From: Trichoplax sp. H2
Lineage: Eukaryota
Length of the DNA stretch: 64,000 nucleotides
Assembly: GCA_003344405.1 (NCBI GenBank)
Contig: NOWV01000013.1
Coordinates: 124,001 to 188,000, forward strand
Direction of reading: 5' to 3'
Part shown: positions 28,001 through 39,720 of the stretch, one piece after another
Layout of the letters: every line of letters starts with the position of its first letter
Position numbering within the stretch: the stretch's first letter is position 1
Translations under genes and position numbers: made by a program
Notes under the pieces: generated by a model
What the model saw: the letters and a program-made list of their open reading frames with translations, nothing else
What the model was told of the DNA's origin: nothing
Databases searched by the model: none

Positions 28001-28625
28001 AATTTGTCGTTGTGTATAAAGATGAAAATAGCCTACTGTAAAACAAGCCATTCCTGCAAGCTAATGGGTCGATTTTAGCCCTTTTCAAAGTTGGTAGTAT
28101 CCTATTGTCACTATTTGCAAAGTAAAGTAATGCATAGCAGGACATGGTTGATCGTTGTTATCGACACCTTGTCGCCATGATCCAAGTTGCAAGTTGTCCG
28201 CCATGGAGAGACACCCCCTAGCGTATCGCATCAACAAGGTTGCAAGGATACTTGGTTCAACCTGTCTCTCTCTCTACGATTATGATATGATAGCACTGGA
28301 ATGAAGCCACGATCACTCTCTGTATGGACTGTCTTGCATCATGCAATTGATACTATCGCCATCTTTGTTGGCCCTAATTGGCATTTTCTAGAGTAGAAAA
28401 GAAAGCAAAACACCAACTTACCTCATCATTGGAGACGTTCCAACATCGAATAATTGAATCCCTACAAGCTGTGTAGAGGTAATTATTATTTTGATCAATC
28501 TGTAGTGCGTTGATACCGGAACGATGACGCCTTTCCGATTCATCACGAATGGTAAAGGTCAAAATAGTTTTAACTTTGTGGTTGTTGGTGTATCCACGGC
28601 TGGAATTATAATGATTACTGGCCAT
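22022..28625 (-). CDS. WDR48: WD repeat-containing protein 48 (UAF1, USP1/12/46 cofactor), multi-exon
   Basis: Exon 1 (28422-28625) encodes [22 protein letters not shown]...[14 protein letters not shown]. Later exons encode [25 protein letters not shown]...[36 protein letters not shown] and [13 protein letters not shown], ending [20 protein letters not shown]...*. Confidence 0.95.
26275..27050. repeat. Diverged minisatellite, ~110 nt unit, about 7 copies, in WDR48 intron 1
   Basis: The motif aagtattagctttgataagc...attctttccatattcgactaatttaaaa recurs at about 26281, 26389, 26503, 26610, 26721, 26838 and 26949. Confidence 0.85.
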
Positions 28626-28824
28626 ATTTCTTCATTTTAATCGCCTCTCCTGTTTACTCCCCAACAATTGGACAAGAACGAAGGTTGCGCTCGCCTACAA
28701 AGCGCTGCCTTCCAACCATCCATCCGTCCCACGCGCCTGCCTACTACGGTAGTGCCTGGTCTCCACTCCTGGTCAGTGTATCGTGGAGCAGATTGAGCCC
28801 GGTGTAATCCACTGCATCATCGAA

Positions 28825-30552
28825 TGTACCGTCATGGCATACTGTACGACTTGGACAAGTCCACCGTACGGTACAGTACCGTACAGTACAATAGTCATCG
28901 TACTACTGTACTATGTACTGTAGTAAGAGACTGTAGACTGGAAAAACAAGCCACACTATACAGTACAGTTCTTCTATTGAAAGTAGTGTTCTATTGGGAC
29001 CATAAGGTGAAGCTGCGGAACTGGATGATTTGCTTCCTTTTGTGACGGCAGTGGGGCAGTACAGTACTTTTACTCTCTGGCTACAGTATTCGTACTGTAA
29101 CTTGTGTATTGTAGTACTGTAATAATCTACAGTACTGTACAGTCAGGTACAGTACTTTTACTCCCTGACTACAGTATTCGTACTGTAACTCTTGCAACTC
29201 TTGTACTGTAACTCTTGTAACTCTTCTTACTCCCTGACTACAGTACAGTATTCGTACTATAATTCGTGTATTGTAGTACTGTGATCGACAGTCCAGTACA
29301 GTACAGTATGTACTGTACTTTTACTGCCTGACTACAGTATTTAAACTGTAATTCCTGTATTGTAGTACTGTACACTGTACCGTACAGTACTGTACTGTAC
29401 TGTAATCTGCTGTCCGGTACAGTACTTTTACTCCCTGACTACAGTATTCGTACTGTAATTCACTGTCAGATCACGATCAGGGACTACTGTACAGTACAGT
29501 ACTCGACTCATGAGTGGATTGACTCACTTCTCAAGTCACACTACAACTGTCCGTCACAGAGAAATGACTGAGGAACTACGGTACAGTACAGTATAAACTG
29601 ACAGTGAAAGGTCTAGACAGTGTACTGTACTGTACTGTACAGTACAAAGAAAATGCGCCATCCTACAGTACAGTATATGACTTTTGCGGACTGAGGCTGC
29701 AAGTTACTGTTCGTCCGTCCAGGCGTAGCGATCCATCTGTCGACACAACAGTCTACAGCACAGTACTGTACTGTATAGAAATTGGCCATTGACAGAGACA
29801 TGACACCGTTCAGTACACTGCAGTACAGTACTGTATGTTGCATTAGTACAGTATGTACAATACCACGGACTACTGTACAGTGTACAGTACTGTACTGTAC
29901 GTGCAATGTAAAGAGACTGTACAGTGTACTGTACTGTACTGTACATTGTCGACTGTACGCACTACGCAGTATCATACTGTATCATACTGTACTGTACAGT
30001 ATGATATGATAGAGCATGGTTTGAATCGAACCTTTCTCAGGTCTATCAGTATCCATGAGAGATTGAGTGAACTGATATACTGTACAGTACATTGTACAGT
30101 AGACTGTACTCTACAGTGTGCAGTACTGTACTATTTCCAAGGGAACATCGCAACAGACCTGCAGTGGATAATACTCACTCTACTCACACTAGGCCTTGTT
30201 AACGCAGTCCAATCGTGTACAGTGTACAGTACAGTATACAGTACAGTACTGTACAGTTGGACAGTAAACCGAACATACTGTACAGTACTGTCGATAGACT
30301 GACCAACTCATTGAGTGAACTGATGTACAGTACATTGTACAGTAGACTGTACTCTACAGTGTGCAGTACTGTACTATTTCCAAGGGAACAACGCAACAGA
30401 CCTGCAGTGGATAAAACTCACTCTACTCACCCTAGGCCTTGTTAACGCAGTCCAATCGTGTACAGTGTACAGTACAGTACAGTATACAGTACAGTACTGT
30501 ACAGTTGGACAGTAAACCGAACATACTGTACTGTCGATAGACTGACCAACTC
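28825..30552. repeat. Palindromic (TACAG/CTGTA)n array in the WDR48/NDUFB2 divergent intergenic region
   Basis: Dense tacagtactgtactgtac runs, a ~40 nt cassette repeated about 5 times, and a ~248 nt tandem duplication. Confidence 0.92.
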
Positions 30553-31188
30553 TGGAAAAGGACGGACTGCTTCAACGGTGTGCTGTCGACGCCGTTTCTC
30601 CTCCAACTTCTCCGCAGCTGGCTAGTCCTGTTGCTCATCTCTTTTTCTACCTTCAAAACATTACTGGTAGGTTATTCAACTTGTTGTCTTTTTAATAAAT
30701 AAAACCACGTAGCGCTGTCCAATAAACTACTGACTGTAATGACGTATGGTATGGAATCAGCAACCCTCATGTGTACAACATAGCCAAGTCAATGTAGCGC
30801 GCACCACGCCATGTTTACCCTGTTGATGACTGTTCATCATGAACGTCTGCAGCAGTCTTCCAATAGTTTGCTCAGCAAACGCATTCCAATTCGATCCTTC
30901 TAAGGCGATAGTGGTTCATGACGTTATCCCTTATAAGTAGCTTGTATCATACGTATCTATCCAATGAATCGATTCATGTTCATTGCGATCGTTATTTTAC
31001 ACTCACTAGCGTTAACTTCGATCATTTTCAACTAAACAAACGACGATAATAGCGTATCAATTAAAAACAGTCCATGCTAATCAACTGTAGACAAGCTATC
31101 GTAATGTACAGCTACAAAAGCCATCCATAACATTTTGCTATAAATTAATGCCAATATCATCAATTCTTTCAATTTTAGATCCAATACA

Positions 31189-31604
31189 ATGAGGCGGGCT
31201 GTCGTATTACCTCCGCCTCAATTTAGGCAGGTATTTTTATCCAAATTTTTTGGTGGCATGATGTGGTTTTGGATGATGTGGCGATGTAAACATGATTGGA
31301 GAGATACTTTGGTGAGTTGATCCTTACTAATGTATATACATAAGTTAATATCGACTGATATATGGAAATGGATTATTGTACTACATCACTGTATCGAGCG
31401 TAATCCTGAATTTCAGAAATTGGACAGAGTCATTCACTTGCTAACCTTATCGTTCAATTTGTACAATTTACTACCATCAACCTATTTACTTTGCTATACT
31501 ATGAATATGACTCGATCCTAAAAGTTCAAATAATTCTATTATAGGGATTGGAACATCATTGGTCACTTGAAGTATATGAAAAGAGGCACAAACATAGTGA
31601 ATAA
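31189..31604 (+). CDS. NDUFB2: NADH dehydrogenase (ubiquinone) 1 beta subcomplex subunit 2 (AGGG)-like
   Basis: Not in the ORF track. Exon 31189-31311 (MRRAVVLPPPQFRQVFLSKFFGGMMWFWMMWRCKHDWRDTL) splices to 31545-31604 (GLEHHW...*). FFGGMMWFWMMWR.KHD...LG matches the NDUFB2 signature FFSGLMWFWILWRFWHD...LGH. An upstream, possibly non-coding, exon probably ends near 30666. Confidence 0.8.
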
Positions 31605-32039
31605 TATACAGTAAATGCTCTCCTAACGCATGCCGTCCTAAATATTAATTACCAATTGTAAGGAATCTATGATCATTTCAAGTACGCATAGCAATCAGCT
31701 GGTGAATCATCCTACCAGTTACACTTTTCTTGTTTACATGTCAAATTCGTTTTGCTACTGAAGCAACTAATGATAACACCATGTTACTATATTCGATAAT
31801 AGCCTAAATTACAATTTTGCTGTTATGACTTTGGTCAACGTTCAAGAAAGCAACCTGTCAAATTACTCTCTTCCGTAATACAGTACTATACTATCCTGGA
31901 AGAGAAAGACAATTTTTCGGGGATATTATCTCTGTGTTGTACAGTGTGCATGCGTGTCTCTATGTCGCTAAAACTCTGTTATACAATCTACGTAAAAACA
32001 ATTTGGTTCAAAATAAAGTAAAGCTTGCTCTAATTTTCA

Positions 32040-32340
32040 GCGATAAGATGAAAACATTGGATATCCAGTAATTGGTTCGTACTTTTTCAGAATAGCTCGG
32101 TACCCTGGTCATAAATGTAACTATGAAAGCCATGATAGCTCATCTGATACTTTATTTATCATTACTCATGATCTCTAAAAAATTTTAACCAAACCCTTTG
32201 CGATAAGATGAAAACATACGATATCAAGTAATTGTTCATACTGTTCACAATAACTAGGTACCGCGGTCATTGACGTAAATATGAAAGCTATGATAGCAGA
32301 TCTTATACTTTATTTATCATTATTCATGCTTTCTAAAATT
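32040..32340. repeat. Two-copy tandem duplication, 160 nt period
   Basis: gcgataagatgaaaacat...actttatttatcatta occurs at 32040 and 32200, with scattered substitutions. Confidence 0.85.
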
Positions 32341-32806
32341 TCAACAAAGAGTTAAAAAGAAACTCGATTAAGGCTACAAAACTTGAGTCAATCAATATAG
32401 AAATAATCTTCAAAAAATTCACCGACCAAATAATTATAAATTTGCTATCCTACATTATTTCCCAAAAACCTCACTGGGGTATGTACGCCGTAAATACAGC
32501 ATTGAAATGCAGTCCGCCATGAAATATAGAATCTTATATTCGAGAAATTTAAATTTTTCGATAGTATTACACAAATCATTAAAGTATATCGATACAAGAC
32601 TGGGTTTATAATACAGTAAATTTATACAACATCCCTTACAATGATGTTAACAAAGTGAAGGAAATCGAACAATATAGTAGTATTCGTTATATGTTTAATT
32701 TACTATGAAATAGATGCGATACTATGATCTAAATAGAGCTAAAACGATTTCGGTAGGACTAGCATGAATAAAATATTTCAACGACCCCATTTAATGTTGT
32801 GTCCTG

Positions 32807-35589
32807 TTACTTATCAGTTTTCGTTACTATATCGGAATAATCCTTCAGCGTATCCTTATCAAGATGAGTATTAGTAAACTTGAATTGGCGAGACCTTTTC
32901 GATTGCCTAGGATTTTTGCGCGGTGGTGCCTTTACATAACAAAAAAGAAGATATAGCTTTACACTAGACTATATTGAGTTAAAATGCGTAGCAATTATCG
33001 TACATTTAAAATTAAAAATCATACATTAAACTGTCACCAATTACCAGACTAGTATTTAAATACAAAATTGACAGTATACACATTGGTCAAGTGTTTTCAT
33101 AGAAAAGATAACTTCAGTACAAGGTAAGATGCTACGACAAAAGTTGACACCCTCAGCACAAAACTAACATCGGCAGTTGAAAATTATCCCATCGATCACT
33201 TACTTTTCTTTTGGTGCGACCTGAATCTTCCATGACAGTTATTCCAGCTAAATAAATTCGATAAATTAGAGGATACTCGCAATTACTCTCAACACTGTAA
33301 GAATGTCATGCTAATCAAGAGTAATCTGCTATCGCGATTACGCATTGCTACATTACCCTTTTTGAGGTACACTTCGATATCGATTTCAGATACATCTACA
33401 CTAACGCTATACCACAATTGTTTAAATTCTACAGAAAGTAGAAATGTAAACCATTTCGCGTTACTTAACAGCAAATCTGATTTTTATCAATGCAAACTCT
33501 GACTACCTTCGGATACGTCAAACTTATTCTTGATATCATTGAAGTATATGACTTGTTTTTTATCATTCGGTCTGGTAAGGATAGTAACCGAGTCATCTAG
33601 ATTCTTTATGGTACAAATATCAATTGGTATTTCTATGAGAAGTAGCTTCGTAATACCCGTTATAAAATGGGCACAGTCGAATCTATATACGTATTTATTA
33701 TTAAGCACCTTCTACGCATACTTATGAAAGATCAAAAGTTATAATTCTGTACTATCGAACTTTAGAATTGAATAAAAAGAGTAACCTTTATTATGTTTTC
33801 AGAGTTGGGCAAACTTTCCTTCACATCATCAATATAAACGCCACCTAAGCCATTCTCATAACGTTTCTTTAAAAATCGATAGAGCTGTTTCTTACTCTTG
33901 ATATCGAATTTTGGCTAAAAGTATAACAAAGATAAAACTGATGTATTACGTTTGATTTCAATTAACATTATCTAATATGCAACTTGAAATACTGTAGTAA
34001 CTATCCGATCGTTAATGCAGTACCAATACCATGTCACACAATTTAAAGCTACTAACTATTCTTAACTAACTAGCAACAAGACAATGATAGCCAATAAAGA
34101 TTTCATGCTTTGTAATACCTTGAATTTGAATTTACCATCTTGAATACTTATCTTCTCATTATTTACTAAAGCCTAAATAGATGGTAGGTATTTGTCATGT
34201 CAGGCATAAGCAGTCTAGTAATATTACAAATATTACTCAGACAATTACAAAGCAGCATCAATGCTTACAAATTGATCTGCTACTGAAATATTTCACCATC
34301 AATATCAAAATTATGTAGCATATGATGCTACAATAATACCAACAGTTATAGCATAACATTTGTAATATTTGTAGTTGTGTGGTAAGCTTACATGCTTTGC
34401 GAGCCAATCTTTGTCGGTAGATTCAATATCGGTAGTCTGAGTTCGATCAAGTAATTCATCAAGAGACAGTGGAGAATTTTCACCATATTGGTAGCGTTCC
34501 TATAGAGGCAACGCAAAAAAGTAAGCGTATTAGCGAAAAGAAGCCCACTACTAACATTCCTCTCGGTATACATCATAAACTCTACTTACTTTCATGTAAT
34601 TAACAATCTTATTTAATACCCCAAATCTACTCCGCGATCGTCCAGTAGTTAGCTTATAATTATATGATTTACTTCCTAGAAAGTAACAAGTCAGGTAAAG
34701 ATTTTACAAAGTATTCACTTAATACTTGAAGTATGAATAGTAAATATCCAGTGTAATAACATGCATTGTAATTAATGACTCTCTGTCGGAGTGTCGGTGA
34801 AGCAGTAAATCGTTTACAGTCTATGACTAGCTTCCACGACAGAAAACGAAAAGCAATCTACAGTCTTGGACAGGATAATTGTCACTCACTGCTTCAATTT
34901 ACTGTATCAATGATTAACAATTCATCCATTTATTATACTTTTGTAGGTTAAGCTACGGAAAAATCTTGTTTATTTGTTAGTGATTATGTTAAACAGGATG
35001 AAGGATTGATATATCTATAAATTTGAAAGTGCCTTAAGTTCAGTAGGAGACTATAACTGTAAGACTCTTTTTTTAAAGTCATCCTGCTAAGCTCCTATAC
35101 CACTAGTGCGAGTGTTCTCCTATCTATTAGAGTAGTTACTGTAGCAAATTAATGCATATTTTGATTACGATGGCGCAGTGACCTTCAAAGTAGTCATCTT
35201 TCTGCCAATCACATATATACTGTACGAGTATCTATCATGCTCAATTCTTTAGCAGATTACAGCGTTAGGACTAGGAGATCGATTCATAGAAATAGCATGC
35301 CCTCTAATCTAATCCATGCTAGCACATCCCTGTAGTAGTTACAATTACAATAAATCCATACTAATTTAGCCATAGCATCCATTGACAGCCTTTCGTCGAT
35401 AATTTAATACATTACTGTATGGTCGTGAGCAATATTGGTACCTGATGTTGCAGGAGTTGAAGTAAATGTTTTAACTGATTTCTCGGGCTTGAATTTAGTA
35501 ACCGGTTGAGATTTCCTTTTCTCCACACTTGGCTGAGCCAATTGGCGGTTAATAAATTTTTGACGTTCTTTAGCTAATGCCGGATCCAT
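32807..35589 (-). CDS. GTF2E2: General transcription factor IIE subunit beta, multi-exon
   Basis: Starts MDPALAKERQKF...PSVEKRK. Internal exons encode PLSLDELLDRTQ...DWL, ALVNNEKI, RPNDKKQVIYFND and EFKQLWYSVSVD...IEVYLKK; the end is RQFKFTNTHL...LKDYSDI. All resemble TFIIE-beta. Confidence 0.92.
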
Positions 35590-35985
35590 TGGAGTTATTT
35601 CTTGTTCAATGAGACGTAATATAAGAAAATGAAGGTAAAAGGAACTAGAGAATGAATGATAATACTGGAAGGGTTAAAATATTACTGTAAACTACTGAAT
35701 CATTATCCCTCTTGAAGTACTGGCAACGATCAAATTTGGCCAATATTGGTACTGCGTTCGAACAAGCAATCGCTAAAAGAGGATGCAGGCATTCAGTGTG
35801 TACTGTTCAGGTCCGGTGATGGACGTACTTCTGTCCGCGTTTTCTCTCTTTAGAACTCTTTTAGAGGTCCATAAAAATATTGATCAAGATTCTCTTCAAG
35901 AAGAAGCCCATGCCTTGAATGACAAAAAGAGCTCAGTCCTGCTGTTCCATATATATTGAGTACACTATGAACAGAATGACTGCTT

Positions 35986-36095
35986 TCATACAGTATACAG
36001 TACTGTGTCAGACAGTATTTAAAACTATCGTCTAGCCCAGCTGGCAAAGCCTTTTACTGTACAGTATGTGATAGAAAGACCGACATGATACAGTA
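35986..36095. repeat. Small TACAG/CTGTA cluster upstream of GTF2E2
   Basis: atacagtatacagtactgt and tactgtacagta, about 400-500 nt before the GTF2E2 ATG. Confidence 0.6.
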
Positions 36096-36184
36096 AAGTT
36101 GAATACATTAACACGAGCAATAGGGTTCCAGGTTGAAAGTGCAAATCCAAATTTTCCAAATTGATCATTGTAGCAATAATACAT

Positions 36185-36455
36185 ACTACAACTTCAACTC
36201 ATTTATGGAATTAAGTAGAGAGAAATGATGCTACTGTAAGGTATCATGCAGTGTACAAAGGCGTTTCTTTTCAAGTGAATCTAGTTTTAGCGTAGCTGAA
36301 CTCTGTAAACAGTCCATTTGACTACAACTTGAACTCGTTTATGGAATCAAGTAGAGAGAGACGATGATACTAGAAGGTATCATGCAGTGTACAAAAGCGT
36401 TTCTTTTTAAGGGAATCTAGTTTTAGCGTAGCTGAACACTGTAAATAGTCCATTT
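36185..36455. repeat. Two-copy tandem duplication, ~136 nt period
   Basis: actacaactt.aactc.tttatggaat...aaggtatcatgcagtgtacaaa...aatctagttttagcgtagctgaac...agtccattt occurs at 36185 and 36321. Confidence 0.88.
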
Positions 36456-38569
36456 TATACAATATAATATCATTAATGGTCGTCAATATTGCACTGACTT
36501 ATCATAAAGTCGAAATTCTTCTACAATCATAGGCTTGTATATATATACCACTATTAAGAACACTAATGTATTACCGTGTATTCGAAGAATGGACTAAGAA
36601 ATAAAAATCGTCAAAATATCGATTTGTAGAATATATAGAGTATTAACGATAAGCACAAGTGATCGAATATTACGGCATTAATTATTATAATTATACACGC
36701 ATTGTATACGCGTATAGTATATCGAGAATTATACAGCAGTTATTTATTATACAGTATAATGTACGTATATTGTATAAATTAACGTCCGCATATATACTGA
36801 ATAATGGCTTATTTCCATCGGTGTGTTACATTTTAAATCTATAAATATATAAAATCCAATCTTACTGCAGTAGAACCTGAATTTGTCATGAATATCGTGT
36901 AGATTTGTAATAAATTGTAAATTTCTCTACGATGGCAGTGTTACAAATAACCAACTGGGCACAGTACAGCATATTAGAAAGATAAGGAATAAATCATCAA
37001 AATATTGACGGGAATATCCAGGGGTTAACATACATGTGTGGCTAAATTGTTAAAACTATTTATAGCTCTTCAACTATAATTTTCAATAGCTCCTTATTTA
37101 AATCTTCACTGCATAACCTATTACTTTCTGTATTTATTTTTTATAAATACAGAATTGATGTACAGTATGCGTATGTTACGTTATGATATACGAGCACATA
37201 ACAACTATACGTATTGCACACTATGCACAGATGTGTAGTGTAGGGGCTAGGAAAAATAGCCGCATAAGTACATTTAAATATGCATATAGCCTGCTTATAG
37301 CAAAGTATACCAGTATGTGTCCGCATGCTTATTTCACATCGAGCTATTTTGCACATATGATTGCGGTGTCTATAGTACATTGGCAACATTAAAAATATAG
37401 ATATTAACAATTTATTTGAAAAAGGCCTTTATTACCGCCTATGATCATCGAGAGAAATCATAACCCCACTTAATTATATATTTAACAATTATTTATCTCA
37501 ACCGCATGTTACGTTTTACACATATAAAAATAAGTATATTGACCAATTTACAATAGGTGCTATAAAAGGTGGATGAGTGAGCATTATGAATGCATGTGGG
37601 ACTAACGCTCATGGCACATTGTATTAGGAAAGTATTACATTATGCCATACCAAACGATAATTACAGCACAGTAATATCTTGTCTACGTATATACGTATAT
37701 ACGTATACAAAATATATTTATTGTGCAGCATATCATAATATTGGTGTAATGGGATGCTGATAATATAATCATAAGTAATATATCAAATATCTAGATGTTT
37801 ATAATGATGATGTGTAAGGTATAAAATAGAATATTATATTATGAAAAACATAGCAAGAAAATAAAAAGTTAGTATCGTAGAAACGTGAGAATGCACATAT
37901 AAAATAGTAGCAGTGTACATTAGCATATCTACCAATGCTATTAGCAATGTACATCTTAGTATAATTAATAGCAAAAGAATATCCCTCAAGGCCTTTAATA
38001 TACAGTAAAATACCTTAGATACGTACGTATTCAAGCTGACACAGCATAATCGATCATAATGTTGTATCAAATGTATCAGAATAACTTTTATACCAGCTAT
38101 GCATATGCAAAGGAACAACGAATAACCAACGATTTATCGGGATAAGCTCAATAACCAATTTGATAAAGCCACCCATTGTAGCATAATAGTCATTTAAGAG
38201 CAATACATAACATCATGCAGCGATAAAATGGCGAAAGTCGATTATTGGAAATCGTAATTAATTCAGCAATATTTGTATGACATATTTTCTTATACTATTG
38301 AAGGAACATGTTTTAATTACACTTTTAGTACTACGGTATACAGTATAGTAAAACCTTTTATATCGTTGCGATAGTAATTTTTAATAATAAAGCAAAAATC
38401 ATTATCTACAAGTTGAATAGATGGAATGTATAACTGTAGGAAAGACGAGTACATGATATTATTGACATTCTATGGAATAAATCCCGTATCCAGCTTACTT
38501 CGCTATCTTTAATATAGCTAAGAGATGAGCATTTGGGGAGATAGAAAGAACGTATAATCGAGAGTGTTA

Positions 38570-39424
38570 TTACGAAAGACCAGACAACCTTCTCTGATTC
38601 TTGTTACGATTCACAAAAGGAGAATTTTGGCTATCCTTTAAGGGTGATCTTGGAATATCAGTACCATTGGCAAGTTTAGGATAGAGAATTTTTCCTTTCA
38701 TCATTTTATCAACACCAATATTTTCATTCTGAATTTGCTTCTTTCTTGGCTTTTTCTTTTTCTTTCCTTCAGTATTTTCACCTGCTTGCTGATTGCTTGC
38801 AGGACATGAATTATTACTGTCTCGGGATGCTATAACCTCCTGTTTATCTTTTGACTGCTTATTATCATCCATTTTACTCGTATCAAGGTGTAACGTTGCC
38901 AGTTTGGGTAGTACATCTTCACCTAATGATAAAGCGCCATCATCCACTTTTTCTTGGCCACTTACTGACTCTGTTAACTCTGCACGTTGAGCAAGGTTAT
39001 CATCTTGTGTATCATTACCTGACGTTAGAGATGTATCAGTTGCTTTTTGCTGCATAACATTATCCTCGATAGGCTTATGATACGACTCCTCCTGTTGGCA
39101 CTGTTCGATCTCACTGTCGGAGATGGTAAATTTGATTGCTTGACACTCGTTAACCAATTGACTAATCCGCTGACTAGCAACATAAACTGGAGTTCTAGCG
39201 AAGCGCATCGTCGGCGATCGTGGATCATCGAAGGATTCTAACTTATGAACAGGAGTCCGAGTAACGTTGATCGAAGGTGATCGTGGATCATCTATGCATG
39301 CCACCTTTTGAACTGGTGTTCGAGTAAAATTGGAAGAAGGCGATCGAGGATCATCGCCAAGCTGACTACTGACATTAGAAGGTGACGATGGCACTGAAGT
39401 CTCTTTACCCACTTGCGATCCCAT
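38570..39424 (-). CDS. CDCA3: CDCA3/Tome-1-like cell-cycle protein, single exon, 284 aa
   Basis: Intact ORF starting MGS, with three DPRSPxxxxxRTP repeats and a C-terminal RSPL...NSP motif. This is the motif layout of vertebrate CDCA3. The rest is low-complexity, so orthology rests on short motifs only. Confidence 0.72.
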   Translation of the reverse strand: MGSQVGKETSVPSSPSNVSSQLGDDPRSPSSNFTRTPVQKVACIDDPRSPSINVTRTPVHKLESFDDPRSPTMRFARTPVYVASQRISQLVNECQAIKFTISDSEIEQCQQEESYHKPIEDNVMQQKATDTSLTSGNDTQDDNLAQRAELTESVSGQEKVDDGALSLGEDVLPKLATLHLDTSKMDDNKQSKDKQEVIASRDSNNSCPASNQQAGENTEGKKKKKPRKKQIQNENIGVDKMMKGKILYPKLANGTDIPRSPLKDSQNSPFVNRNKNQRRLSGLS

Positions 39425-39676
39425 GGTACGCGTCTATGACGATTAAACGAATAAAAGAAAATAAGAATTGGCTAATTTTATTTTAACACAAGAGAAGAGG
39501 GATTCCTTGACTTAATCTAACTTGTTTTACTGGCTAAATTGCTGAATGAAACTGCTATCTGACAAGGAAGTTTGGAATTAATATCTGCTCATGTTGTCAT
39601 TTGTAAACAGTTTAAAATTGAATGTTACCCGTATGAGTGAAAGTTAAAAAGTGACGCTAGCAGTCTCGAATCTGTG

Positions 39677-39681
39677 ATTGG
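39677..39681 (-). promoter_or_regulatory. CCAAT box (AGCCAATCA context) upstream of the CDCA3-like gene
   Basis: tgattggct on + reads AGCCAATCA on -, a full match to the extended NF-Y consensus, about 255 nt upstream of the ATG. Confidence 0.45.
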
Positions 39682-39720
39682 CTGAAATTGTATTTTAAAT
39701 AACTGTCATAGAGAACTGCC

